A stretch of DNA of 64,000 nt. Origin: Lophium mytilinum (lineage: Eukaryota). Below, piece by piece: positions 13,943 to 27,300 of this stretch. A model generated the notes under the pieces. That model saw only the letters and a program-made list of their open reading frames with translations, made no database searches and was not told where the DNA came from. Where the stretch lies: NCBI GenBank assembly GCA_010093605.1, contig MU004188.1, positions 1,491,673-1,555,672 on the forward strand. Reading direction: 5' to 3'. The number at the start of each line of letters is the position of its first letter. Within the stretch, counting starts at the first letter, position 1. A program made the position numbers and the translations under genes.

Positions 13943-15177
13943 ATGTCGACCGACAAGCCTCTGCCGTTCGTCTACCAGTTCGCGGCTGGTGAGTACCTCA
14001 ATCGCGGCACGAAGTCCGAAGTCAAGCTCACAGTGAATAGGTGCCGTGGCTGGTGTCTCCGAAGTGAGTAGAGTGGACTGAGAAAGTGCCAAATGATGCT
14101 ACAGTACAGCTGTTAATCGCCCTCTATGTATAGATTCTGGTTATGTGGGTACTGCTCTGGTCTCCTTGACGAATGCGACGCTGACTTGGATATCAAGGTA
14201 TCCGCTAGATGTGGTCAAGACACGAGTGTAGGCTGCTAGACCATCGCGCCCATGGCCTGAAGACTAAAGCGCACATAGGCAAATTCAGACTGGCAAGGGC
14301 GTCGGTGAAGACAGCTACAATGGCATGGTGGACTGCTTCCGGAAGATCATCAGGAACGAAGGGTGCGAACCGCGCGAGAGCCTCCGCTATGCCGAAGCTT
14401 ATTTTTGATCCTAGGTTTTCGAGACTGTATCGCGGTATCACTGCTCCTATCCTGATGGAAGCTCCGAAGAGGTGAGACAGCTCTTCGTTCACGGGAGCGA
14501 GGTCATGCTCATACAACCATTATAGAGCTACCAAGTTCGCTGCCAATGACGAGTGGGGAAAGTTCTGGCGCAACCAGTTCGGCGTGGCCAAGATGAACCA
14601 ATCGCTCTCTATCCTCACGGGCGCATCTGCTGGAGCTACCGAGGCCTTCGTCGTCGTCCCCTTCGAGCTTGTCAAGATCAGGTTGCAAGATAAGGCGCAA
14701 GCGCACAAGTACAATGGCATGATCGACGTCGTGCGCAAGATTGTCACACAGGAAGGCCCATTGGCCATGTACCAGGGCCTCGAAAGCACCATGTGGAGGC
14801 ACGTGCTGTGGAATGCTGGATACTTCGGGTGCATCTTCCAAGTTCGCGCGCTTATTCCGGTCGCGAAGGACAAGAAGGGACAGGTCTTCAATGACCTTAT
14901 CTCTGGCGCCGTTGGTGGCACTGTTGGAACAATCATCAACACTCCTATGGATGTTGTGAAGTCGCGTATCCAGAACACGGCGAAGATTCCCGGACAGGTG
15001 CCCAAGTACAACTGGGCATGGCCAGCCCTGGGCACGGTCATGAAAGAGGAGGGCTTCGGCGCGCTATACAAGGGCTTCTTGCCCAAGGTTCTTCGATTGG
15101 GCCCTGGTGGCGGTATCCTGTTGGTCGTCTTCACCGGAATGATGGATTTCTTCAGGTCGATACGCGGGGACAAGTAG
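13943..15177 (+). CDS. ODC1: Mitochondrial 2-oxodicarboxylate carrier (ODC/SLC25A21 family); several very short 5' exons
   Basis: Spliced N-terminus MSTDKPLPFVYQFAAGAVAGVSEILVMYPLDVVKTRVQ; three carrier signatures (PLDVVKTR, PFELVKIR, PMDVVKSR); MEAPKRATKF and KVLRLGPGGG are typical of ODC. Confidence 0.9.
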
Positions 15178-15567
15178 AGTTCTTGCATATACGGACTGGG
15201 TGCTGTATGTTGGAGACGCTCTTGGTTTGACTGCATTGCACTGTACAATCTGTATTTACGCCTGCAGCGGAAAATGTAGATTATCAGGCTCACGAATCCT
15301 CCCACGTCACACTCAAGCTCGCACAAAACTGTCAAATGAGCATCTAAAGAATCTCTTGATGCTGATACTTGCGCGAGTTATCAGGCTCAAAGCTGTCTAA
15401 TAGTTGTGTAGGTATGGCAAGGCTGAAAACGCCTCGACGCACGCCAAGATTGCTGCGCTGGACTCCGCCTCACTCAATTCCTCTCAACATACAGCTTTCT
15501 CAAACTCCAAACACGCTACCCTAAGTAAATTACTCCATCCACTTCAAAGCTGTCATGAGAGCACACG

Positions 15568-18293
15568 ATGCCCGCCTTTGGCTATTCCGTAGGCGACTGC
15601 GTTGCCTCTGTCGACCTTCTCGTCCGTATCATCAAAGCACTCCGTGACAGCGGGGGATCGGCTTCCGAATTTCAACAGCTGCAAATCGACCTCGAGTTCC
15701 TGGGCGCTGTTCTGAATCAACTGAAAATTCTTGACCTTGTTCCATCAGGCACATCCGCAAGTCAGATTGACACCGCAACGAGATTCGTCCAATCGACCCA
15801 AGGCGCTCTTTCAGCCTTGTTAGAGAAAGTCGGCAAATTCAAAGACTCCCTTGCAAAGTCGCCATTGAGGGGCAAGCTACCGAGTGCATTGAGAAAGGCG
15901 CAATGGGCTCTCATGTACTCCAATGATATCGCTAAGCTTCGTCAGAAACTCACGAACAATACCATCAGCCTCAACCTGTTCCTTGAGACGCAGAGCGTGT
16001 GCGTATGAACTTTACCCAACTCGTCTATATCTCTAATATCTCTAATATCTCTATAGTGGTCATAGCAAGGCCATGGCTTTAGCCTTTACGTCGTCCTAGG
16101 GCGTTGCTGCTTCCAACGCAACATCTCAGGCCAACGTACTGCAGCGCGTGGAAGATAACTTGTCTCAACTCGATATCACTACGAAGCATTGCATCCAGCA
16201 AACTCACTCTAACCAGGAAGTGATAGTATCAGCATTCGAGTTATCGCGAAAAGAAACCTCCGCCCATGCCGCTTCCCACGCTGCGTCCGCCCGTCGCTTG
16301 GAAGATGCAATGTCTGGGCTTACACTAGCTGTCAACGATGGATTTCGTACGTGGGAAGCAGAAAACCAACAAGCTTACCACAGTATGACCCGAAACCTTA
16401 CGGCAGCGGAGGGAACCAACACACGGCATATCACCCAGACGTCCACGGATGAAAACTCTGCAATGGATCGCTTTACCGAAGAAGCGAGAAAGCGCGGAGA
16501 GAGTTCTCAAGTTTCTTTGGAACTGATCCAGAAAGCTATGCAAAGGCAATCGCTACTGCTAGAAAAAGTGCAAGATTCCGTTGATGCCGGGCCTTCCAAC
16601 CTTGAGGCCCTTTGCAGCGATCTACGGGCAGGTATTGCATCTATCAAGGAATTGTCTAGGCACAATCGACAAGGCGTTGCCTATTCAGAATCTCCAGCGG
16701 CACACGGCATAGACTGCACTGAGTCTTCGATTCAGGAAGACCAGCATCCAGCAAGAGATGAGACCGGTAGGCAAAGACGGACAGACACTCAACCGAATCG
16801 AGTCACTACTTTATTAGGACTGTTGGTAGCAGAAATGTAGGTTAGATTAATCTCATTAGAGAGTACGTGCTAAAATATTGATAGACTCGAAAGCTGTATA
16901 ATTGCTCTCTGGGTAGTGTTGTGGTAAGACCGTACCCTTTCTATATTCGGGGCGGCCGAATGACAATTCGTGGCTAACAACGCCTAGGGCACTACTTCAA
17001 AGGACGGTTCTAATTCTCCAAAGAGCTGGAAGGTCCATGGTGCTGTATAGAGCACCTATTTTACAGTATGCAGACTGCATACAGTTCTTCGACGCTGTTA
17101 ACAAGTACCCCCGTATCTTACAATATGAACTGTGCAGAGACTGGGATGTAAGGCCCTAGCTGTGATTCTTTACCCATTTCAGGACCTTCCAGTAACCTTT
17201 GTGGGTAGCTTTTCAACCACATCTTACGACAACAGCTAGTCGACCTCCCGGGATTCGACAAAGTCCGAAATGGCGAGTATTTTCTACTAGATCTTCGATC
17301 AGGGAAGGCCCTCCCAGAAGAGTCATGGGCTTCGTCAATCGTCCCAGGATCTAAAGTCGCAATGTCGATGTGGATGAAGGAATGGAGAAGTGCTCCAGGA
17401 AGCTGTCCCAGGCCGTCTTGTCAAGCTGTTTTGACGCTGGCTAGAAAGAGACAGACATCTTTCTCACAATGGTGGGTTCTTCTTCTACACTCCCTTTATC
17501 GCACCATACTAATTCGCCTTAACGCCCTAGCTCTAAATGCTCTCTTGTATTCCATACCAGCGATCGAGGTCCAGCCGCGCCCAACCAGAAGGCTTATGAA
17601 GCTAGGCCAAATTTCGACGCTGAATTCGACTTCGACCTCCGTATGGGATCAAATCCAAATAACATAAACGCACGTCAAGATCAGACTGTGAAGGATGTGT
17701 TCCGTCGGATACACGTAGCGCCCATGCATCGGCAGCGTCAATTTGATACAACTGGAAGGGTAGCGCAGCTTGAACGCAGTTTCCGGGGAGCGGTATCGCC
17801 ATGGAAGTATGTCTATCTTGAGAGAGATAAGCAAATACGTCGCCAAGAGAGAAGAACTCAGGAGATTGAGTGTTAGTACCGTGCTAGGGTCTTATTCAAA
17901 GGGTTAACTAACGATTAACGGGCAGCGGCAAAAGAAGCCCCGGCTCCAGAAGAAGAGGGCGAGCCACACCAGAGGCAAGGAAATGACTCTAGATCGCAAC
18001 GTCCAGCAGAGGGTTCGTTGAACGAAGTAAGTCTCCCGGAAGCGAATGGAAGTCAAGATACTCAGTCAAAGCCGCCTATGCGAGCTCAATCAAGCGCTCA
18101 ACACGGGCAGGTTCATCGGCAGGACGCCTATCCCAAAGAAGCACGGGCCGCCAAGTCTTAGTCGAATAGAGTCTCTACAGATATGTGGGTATGCTGCCAA
18201 TGCAACCATGGAAACCTTGGCTTCCCCCACCATTGCCCAGTTTGCGGTCATGAAAGTTGTAATGATTGCCGCGGACCAGGTGAGGTCTTTTAA
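15568..18293 (+). CDS. HeLo-like (fungal STAND N-terminal) domain + ubiquitin-like domain + C-terminal Cys-rich zinc-ribbon protein; possibly pseudogenised
   Basis: N-terminus FGYSVGDCVASVDLLVRIIKALRDSGGSASEFQ is HeLo-like. Spliced middle IQFFDAVNKYPRILQYELCRDWD|LFNHILRQQLVDLPGFDKVRNGEYFL...WASSIVPGSKVAMSM resembles the fungal ubiquitin-like domain. Also CPRPSC...CSKC and terminal WVCCQCNHGN...CPVCGHESCNDC. In-frame TAGs at 16097 and 18159. Confidence 0.65.
16027..16053. repeat. 9-bp tandem repeat (ATATCTCTA x3) in the first intron, creating two CTAAT branch-like sites
   Basis: Read directly from the sequence. Confidence 0.85.
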
Positions 18294-18966
18294 GCTCTTA
18301 GGCTGGGAATAGAAGGGGTAGAGCTTCCAAGACTACTTGAACTTCCCTGATTTGCAATTGGTAGCGGAACCTTCGCACGGTATGATCAGCACTGAAAATG
18401 TCTCAACTCAACCGATGGTCTTTGAGAAGTAGAAGAGCAATAATGATATACATCTTGGCGCTACCATTCTTAGTATCGTCAATACTGATAACTCTTCTCC
18501 CACCCATTGCGTGGCTTTATAAAGTACATGTATATCCATACATCCGCGTAGCCCCATCGGCAGTCCTGTTTTTCTAGATGTCTGCCTCCTCACTCACCGC
18601 CTTCATCTCTCGGGCTGCGACAGTGAAATCTAATATAGCTCTGTCAAGACCAGTCCCACTGACAGGACTCAAGCTTCTAAGGCGAAATAGACGCTAGGTT
18701 CCACGAAATTGTTCCTTGTCAGCCTAGCTAAACAACGATGCCTTTCACCCCAGAGCTCTAGTGTCAGACCCGTCCAGTAGATCAGAAGATACCACTATTT
18801 CCAATTTTGTAGGAGAGCGCATGATCGTATCCACCGTACCTGACACAAGAACTGAAACCCACCAAAGTCGACCATACGGTCTAATTACTCTTACAACTCA
18901 TACCCTCTGCGAATCAATTTTATGCAAGTCATACCCTTTCAAACCATCACCCCCATCCTACCTCCC

Positions 18967-20091
18967 TCACCTCCTCGTCCCCCTCCCGGAACCCGCCACC
19001 ATAATCCCCAACAACACCACAGCCCCCATCACGAGGAGCGCTGTCCCAGGCAACGCAGCAAAGTCCCCTCTTCCCCCTCGTGCCCTCCGCTGCACACCCC
19101 CACCTCCCCGTCTCGCCGTCGCTGCCGTCGCCCCTACCACCGCAACCTCCCCTTCATCAAGCTTAAACCACTCCCGGAGCAACGGATCCCTCACCGCCTT
19201 CAAATCCACCATCTCGCGCTCCGCCATCTCCACCCCCTGATCCAGCGGCAACGCTACGTTCAAGCTCTCCGGTGGACCCATGGAAACCAGAGATCCGGGC
19301 GGAAGGTAGGTGTGCAAGGAGGCGACAGGGAGAGAGCGGAAGAGGAGGCAGACCCACATTTCGAGGATGTTGAGGAGGAGGTCGGGGCGGTCGTGGAAAT
19401 TGGAAGCTTGGGGTGGCGTGGGGGTTGAAGGGGGATTGGGGACGACGGCGAGGATGGAGAAGATGTCGAAGCTGGAGCGTTGGACGGCGAAGTAGTGCAG
19501 GGAGGGGTGGTCGCGGCGGTAGCGGAAGTACATGTGTTGTTTGTAGACGCGGAGGGCGAGGTCGGTGGATTGGCCGATGTATTTGCGGGTGCTTTGGGGG
19601 TTGTTAGTGGAACGGGAGGTTGACTTGAGGATGACGTGGGTGATTGAGATTGTAGAGTCAGATGGAAGGAATGATAGAGTGAGACGTGCATGAGAAACAC
19701 AATGGATGGCAAGAATGAAAATACCATTTGAGATGAAGAGCAGAGCAGACAAATGAAGACAGAAACACCCCAAACTTACAACCTATCCAACCCCAAAATC
19801 CCATGCAAATATATCCCCTTCCCTCTGATATCTCCACCAATAGTTTTTAGCCTTCACACCCATATTAGCACTTCCACCTCAAAACCACGATCCCACTACT
19901 CACGAATCAATCGACGCCGACCTCCCACCCTCAATCCACCTAACCACCGCGGGCCTCAAACACCCAAACATGAACTCCTCAATCCCCGGACTACCCTGCA
20001 ACCACGCCGCATACTTCTCATAATGGCGTGACTTCGGATCCTGTACCGTCACCAACAAATGCGCCAGCACAGCACGCGCTTCATCAGCCAT
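18967..20091 (-). CDS. GIY-YIG-like domain protein with C-terminal hydrophobic segment; 3 exons
   Basis: Exon 1 MADEARAVLAHLL...; exon 2 ...IGGDIRGKGIYLHGILGLDR; intron 19592-19779 (GTAAGT...CTAAC...AAG); exon 3 FTRKYIGQSTDLALRVYKQH...LLLNILEMW. C-terminal ALLVMGAVVLLGIMVA. Confidence 0.65.
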
Positions 20092-21299
20092 GACGACGAG
20101 ACCCGACCTCAAGACCGCGGTGCAAAACCAATTGTTTTTCTTTTGAGAAAAAACAGAACCAAAGAGCGACTACGAAGGCATCCAGGCAGCGAACAGGAAC
20201 TGCGTATGCATATATACCACGCAGCGACGGCGAAACAGTGATTAGGCAGAGCGGCTGCTTTGGGGCTAGGCTAGGCGGCTAGCGGTGGCGATGGTGATGG
20301 AGTTGGACCAACCTCTCCTGGTTTTGAGGAGAAGGTGAGAGGCGACTCGGCTCGCCTGACATGCTTGCTTTTGCAGCTGCCTAGTTATCTGTGTAACGTG
20401 CGGCACGGGTGCATGATGTCGAGATGGGAGGTTGGTGGTTGGTGGGCGCGTATTGGGTCAATGCGGAGGTCTTGGCTGTGGGGATAGCATGAGTTGTGAT
20501 ACTTGGAATATTCATCCAAGCACACAGTGGAATCCAATCTTGCGAGTCGTAGTGAGTGCAGGTGACTTTGGGATGAACGAGCGATACTCGATTTTCAAAT
20601 TCTGGAATCGGGTCACGTGAAGTCTACTCATCAATAGAAGTCACCGCAAAAGTCGATATAAAATTTCAGCTTTCCTCAAAGCTGGCAGACCCGCTAGAGA
20701 GATCAAAAGAATGTTAGTCTTTAGTCATGGGGGGTTGAAGAACAGGAGCAGCAGCCCCCATGTTGCACTGGAGCGTCAGAAATTGGCTATGGACTTAGAG
20801 TAGGGTCTGTACAATACGGGGGGAACGTCCAGATTGGAGTGGCTTGAGGAGGCCTCGGGGTATTTGCTAGCACACACGATCGATGATAGTGATAGTCATC
20901 TTTAGCAGCTTATGAAATGAAGAGGTTTCCAAAGAGTCGCTGCTCATAATCGAGTTTAGGGGATGAAAAAGCTCCGTGAGATCACGGCAGAAAGTATCTC
21001 CTCGATGATGTTGAGAACAAGGTCTTGAGTAACCGCAAAGACTGCATACTTCACTAATTCAGTGCAAATTCATCAAGATGCTTCTGTGAATGCAATGTGT
21101 TTTTTGGTGAATCAAAAACAATATGTGGTGTTCACCCAGCCCAGAATACACGTAGGTGCCGCCGTTTTGTATACCGAATTTTCGACCTTCCGAACCGATA
21201 ATATGCAGCTCAATGCTCAAGCATTTTACCACCCGTTTCCGGTCTAGATCGTACAAGGAAAGAACAGAACGCTCAAAGTAGGAACTAGCTCTCCAGTGA

Positions 21300-22725
21300 T
21301 TATAGTATCTTGTGACTGTGCGAAGTTAGCCATTGCCGTATAAGAAAAGTCGTGTCGAAGGGGACTACAATGCTTACCTCCAGTGATGGTCCTCGGAGCC
21401 CTTGTCGCCATACTGAATCTCTTCCATCCAGTCCTTCATTTGCTGTGCAATTGGGCCGGCTTCCTGGTTGTCCTCCAGTCCACACTCCACCAACCGCCCT
21501 TTCCAGCTGATCTTCCGAACGGGACTCACAACAGCCGCTGTGCCGGAGCCGAAGATTTCGAGTAAGCGCCCCTCGTCCGAAGCATCTGAGACTTCCTGCA
21601 TGGTGAACTTGCGCTCGTCCACCTTCCAGCCCTGCGGCTCGAGTCTCTCTCGTGCGAGCCCGAGCACTGAGTCACGCGTCACACCCTCTAAGATTGTTCC
21701 GTCGAGCGGTGCAGTAAGCAATTCCTTCTGGCCAGTCTCCTTGTTCTTGATAGCCGCGAACAAGTTCATGGTGCCAACCTCCGTGACGTACTCCTCCTCT
21801 CCGAACAGCCAGAGGTTCTGGTGGAAACCTCTGCTGGCGGCTTGCATCTGGGGCACAATGCAGGGCGCATAGTTGGCACCAAGCTTCTTGTCGCCAACAC
21901 CGCCTGGCCATGCGCGCACGGCATAGTCTGTAGCTTCTAGTGACACGGCTTTGAATCCGGTAGGGTAGTATGGGCCGACAGGCGAAGCGATGACATAGAG
22001 GAGCGCAGAGGCGGGTGGGCCAACTCCCAGGGTGCGCTGGGTACCGATGATGGTTGGGCGGAGGTAGAGGGAGTATCCGCGGGCCCTGGAGAAAGATTAG
22101 CAATCTGTATAGAGAACATAAGTGGCGTGTTCTCACTCTGGGATGAACCTCTCGTCCAGCTTGACAAACTTGCCGATCAGATCGATGAGCGCATCGCCGT
22201 CAAAGTTGGGCAACGCAATTCGCGCGGCAGATTTGTTGAACCTCTCCATGTTTTTGTCAGGGCGAAACAGTCTTATTTTTCCGTTCTTGTCCTTATACGC
22301 CTTCATGCCCTCAAAGGCCTCAAATGCATAGTGGAAGACGCATGTCGCGGGATCTAAGCTCAGATTCTGGTAGGGAGTGATGCGTGCGGGCAGCCATCCT
22401 TCTGAAGCTGTCCATTCCAACGAGAGCATATGATCTGATATCGGTCATCAGCCCATGTAGCTCGGTGAAGCCCGGAGTCATTACCTGTGAAGTTTCGCCC
22501 AAACACAAGCTCCTCTGGGGGCAGAAGGGTCTTTGGAGTTGTAGTCTTCTCGATGGATAGCTTCGAGGGGTCAATGTCCAGTATGTTTTTGCCCACTGAA
22601 GCATCAGCGTGAATGCTGTACGCTCGCCGACATCGCTGGGCAGACGAGCTGGTCTGGACGAGCAAGGAGCGGCGAAATGTCGAGGCAAGAGAGCTGGCGA
22701 GCAGCGAGGACCGTTGCTGAAGCAT
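21300..22725 (-). CDS. BAT1: Branched-chain amino acid aminotransferase, mitochondrial-type
   Basis: [39 protein letters not shown]-lysine motif [31 protein letters not shown]. Arg/Ser-rich presequence [19 protein letters not shown]; 3 introns. Confidence 0.93.
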
Positions 22726-24325
22726 GTTGCGAGCAATTGCTTCCGCAGTGTGGAGGTTGAGGGTTGAAGGCAGCTCAAGAGTTGGCTTTATCGAGTCTTG
22801 AGTTGAGTCAAAATAAGTTTCTAAGCATCCCGAGCTGACAACACCGTGAGATGCCGCTGATGGCCGGCAATTCAGGCACGGACCCCCCGAACTCGGTGCC
22901 ATCTTAGGCGGTGAGACGCCAAAAAGCCGGGGAAGATGCGTGGGGGCTCCGAATCCCGTCACAAATCACAGCCTTGACATCACAACACCACTCAGCTGGG
23001 ACTACCTCCGGGAGTATTTCCTCCGGTTGATGGATTAGAACTACTACCTACAGCAAGCAATGATAGTAGCAACTAGGGGTTCTGGGGTAAGTAGGGTGAG
23101 TTATGGATATAATGTTCCCTTACATCAATATTCAGACGTTACGGCCTGAAATCTAGCCCAGGTCCAACCAACTACTTTCTTATAGGCTAGGTAGGGTGAT
23201 AGAAGATGGCTCTCGGGATCATCCGTCATAAGGGCTAGAGACTTAGGGCCGCACTTGTGATCCATCTGATGTCGCGCGTTTGATGGTGCATAGCATGAGG
23301 AGCGGACTGGTGAAGAGCATTCAGTAGTATTGCTTGTAATCACTATATAGTAGGAATAATGATCATCATCATCATAAATTCTGAAGCCTAGTTAGTAAGT
23401 TGTCGACCTGTACCCGCTGTTTTCAATCCATCGATTCTTCACCGGCCACTCCCAGCCTCACGCACCAACTGCATACATTCTCTTCACCAGGCTTCCAAGC
23501 CTCTCTACATTCTAATCGTCCGAGATTGAAATCTAGTTAGCAGTCCTTGAATGGGAGGTAGCTAGCGGGTCGAATGATCGGGGGGCTTGTCGAAAATCTA
23601 CCTAGTTAGCAGGAGCCGGTTGAGGCAAGAAGTTGGGCGCGGGGTGGACGACTTAATATACGGAAAAAAGTGCTTACTAAGATTGATGACTCATCAGCGC
23701 TAGTCTCTTTAATCGACCCTGAAGCAGGACAATGTAATCGTGCCAGCGGGCGAGCTTTTCCGTATGTGGAGCAAAGAGCACGTGATTACTGACTGCAATA
23801 TAGCGAATTGTCCTGTCAACGATCTCTCTTTCCATAATGAATATTATTAGAGGTCGAAGCCTCAGAACCCGTCGCAAGCACATGGGTATGTTGATTGCCA
23901 AGTTTGGACCTTACCTAGATAATAGATTGCGAGCGCCACAACTGCGCAGCTATCTAGCGCCACACCTTTAAGGCCAGCTCGCGTGGGGTCCAGCAGAGCC
24001 GCTTTGTTTTTGCTCAGCTGGCATTTGATAGGCCTCCAAACACCCTCTACAACGCGTATATCGAACTGCTCTCCTTTTAATTGTCAGAACTGTATCGGAC
24101 GTCACAGTCGTGCCTCCGCGAGCGTTTAGGGGCACTGCGACCCAGTCAGCCTGTCTCAGACACCACCACCCATCGCGGGACCGTACAGTTGTAGAGTCAC
24201 TCCATATTCACATATAGCTTATTCTCAAACGCGTCGACGCCACCCTCAACAAGGTACCGGAAGTCCATGCAGTCCATTCTCAATCGCTTCCACGTAGTCG
24301 CGCAGGCGCCTCGAACGTTCTCGCA

Positions 24326-27300
24326 ATGTTCTCCTCCGCATTAAAGTCCTTCACGTCGAACATATCCTCCAACTATACCCTCAGCCCTCACCCCAACTCG
24401 ACCTCGGGACCATGGAAAATATACGATGCGAAGAAGAAGTCTACCGGGAAGGCGGCGTCGGTGTTCGTCTTCGAGAAGAAGTCGCTCGAGCCGTCTAGCG
24501 GAGGTATGAGCGGAGGGCGTATGAATGCTGCGTCGTTGAAACGGGCACACGAGGATGTTCTCGAGCGATTGAAGAAAGAGGCTAGCTCGCTTGCACGGTT
24601 ACGACACCCAAGCATACTCGAGTTAGCGGAGCCGGTGGAGGAAACTCGTAATGGGGGGCTCATGTTCGCGACGGAACCGGTCACCGCATCACTGGCTGGG
24701 TTACTGCAAGAGAAGGATGACCAAGAAAGGGCTGGTGGCGTAGGCGGACGAAGGAGTCGATATGTTGTTGAAGAGGCGGATGGCGGAAGACGGAGACGAG
24801 AGCTCGAGATTGATGAGCTTGAGATACAAAAGGGCTTGATTCAGATTGGCAAGGGGCTGGAATTTCTTCACGAGAGTGCTGGACTTGTCCATGGCAATCT
24901 TACCCCGGAGGCCATTTTTATCAATGCTAAAGTAGGGAATATCAATTTCAGTCAATGGAAGTTGCTTGCTGATGGTTGTGACAGTCTGACTGGAAGATAT
25001 CTGGCCTTGGTTTTTCAAGCCCCCCAGAGAACTCGACGAAGCCAACTTCTGTTGCTCCGATATCCTTATCCGAAGTACTTAATTACGACGCCCGTGTGCC
25101 CCGGTCTGTTCAGCTCAATCTCGACTATGCTTCCCCGGACTTCGTGATGGACAACAACGTGACGCCGTCGGCCGACATGTTCTCGCTGGGGATGCTGATA
25201 ATAGCTCTATACAACTCGCCACATCGAAGTCCATTGGAGGCCAATGGCAGTGTATCTTCTTACAAGCGGCTATTCTCCTCATCCTCATCCGTTCCAAGTC
25301 AAACCAACAACTTTTTATCCTCTCAACCCTTGCCACGAGATGTAGTTTCTGGCCTCCTCCCACGCCTTATTACGAGAAGACCAGCCCAGAGACTAGACGC
25401 CCGAGAGTTCCAACAAGCCCAATACTTCGACAATATTCTAGTGTCCACTATTCGATTTCTGGACTCATTACCAGCAAAAACACCTAACGAGAAATCGCAG
25501 TTCATGAGGGGACTACCACGAATACTACCTCAATTTCCAAAGTCCGTTCTCGAAAAAAAGGTTCTTCCAGCGCTTCTTGAGGAGACCAAGGATCGAGAAT
25601 TGCTATCGTTGGTCCTTCAGAATGTCTTCAAGATCGTCATGGCGATGCCGTCGGGCACTGGCAAGCGTGCCTTCACGGACAAGGTCATACCACGATTACG
25701 AGAGACCTTTTTGGCTACAAGTGGGGCCAAAGGAGCAGCTCCGGAAAGAGATAGCTTGAAAGAGGCTGGATTAATGGTGCTGTTGGAGAACATGTCTACT
25801 GTTGCTGAGAATTCATCTGGCAAGGAGTTCAAAGATGGTAAGTTGATCGAAGAATCTATTAGTTCCTTTACGAAGATTTTTGGTAGATGTACCCGCACTA
25901 CTCATTGGCTTTCCTTCGACTTAGCTTGAGGAACGACTGTGCTGCTACTTTCTCGGCAACCCTCTTGTAGAGTTTCATTGGATCTTGGACAGCTAACACA
26001 ACCAGACATCCTACCCATTATACAACATGCTCTGGAATCCCCGACCCATTCATTGGTCGACGCATCCTTGAGAACGCTTCCTATGATACTACCTATTCTG
26101 GATTTTTCAACGATAAAGAATGAGCTCTTTCCTGTCATTGCGAACGTGTTCAGCAAGACAAGTAGTATGGGCATCAAGATCCGGGGTTTGGAAGCCTTCG
26201 TGACCCTTTGCGGTGGTACTTCCGACCCCATGGCATCGCAATGTGACGGTTTGGATGGGAAGATGCCGGAACAACCAAAACCAAAACACGGCAGTGCAGT
26301 TCTGGATAAGTATAGTATCCAAGAGAAGGTAGTACCTCTTCTGAAAGCTATAAAGACAAAGGAACCTGCTGTTATGGTACGTCTACCTCGCGACCCTAAA
26401 TTTGGGAGAGTTTCCTCAGATGCAACGCTCACTGACAATGCTACCCCTAGATGGCCGCACTCAACGTCTTCAAAGAAGTCGGCAAAATTGCTGATTCGGA
26501 CTACCTGGCGATGGAAGTCCTGCCCATCCTATGGCAATTCAGTCTCGGCCCGCTCCTCAACCTCCAGCAATTCCAATCCTACATGACCCTCATCAAATCC
26601 CTGTCCGCACGCATCGAGCAAGAACAAACCCGCAAGCTCCAAGAACTCTCATCCAACGGCGCTCCAACCGCCGGCTCAAACGACTTCATGAGCTTCGCAA
26701 CCATCGGCGGCACAAACGGCACCGCCACCAACAACGGCGAAGAGACCGACTTCGAAGCCCTCGTCCGCGGGGGGCCAGGCGGCTCATCCTCAACTTCTAC
26801 CACAGACATGCTCCACGACCCCTGGGCCAGCACTCCCGCTTCCTCCTCCACCATCCTCCCTTCCCGCCCCTCAAACCCCCGCTCCTCCTCCGCGCGCCAG
26901 GCATCCCCCGCCGCCGCCTTCTCCTGGTCCTCCCCACCGCCCTCCTCCCCCGCCCCTCGCCCAGGCCCCCTCTCACCCCCCGCCCAATCAACCTCGCGCA
27001 CTGTCACACCCGACCACTCCCTCAGCGCCTTCGCGCCCCTAACCCCTTCCACCACAACGACAGGCATGAACGCAACGTCCGCGCCGTCCTTTTCGCAGCC
27101 GCTGCAGCCGACGCGCCCGGGAATGGGCATGAGCATGCAGAGCATGGGCAACATGAACAGTATGAGCGTCCTCACGCCGTCGGCAGTTTCTACCCCTTCG
27201 TACGCAGCGCCAGTGCAGAACCAGGCCGCGAGTGTCAACTGGGGCGCTGCGACGAGCTCGAGTGCGTGGCAGAGCACGCCGCAGCTTCATGGGCAGGCGC

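Noticed and set aside
14520..15335. 271-aa minus-strand ORF
   Set aside because: Antisense to the carrier gene; no motifs.
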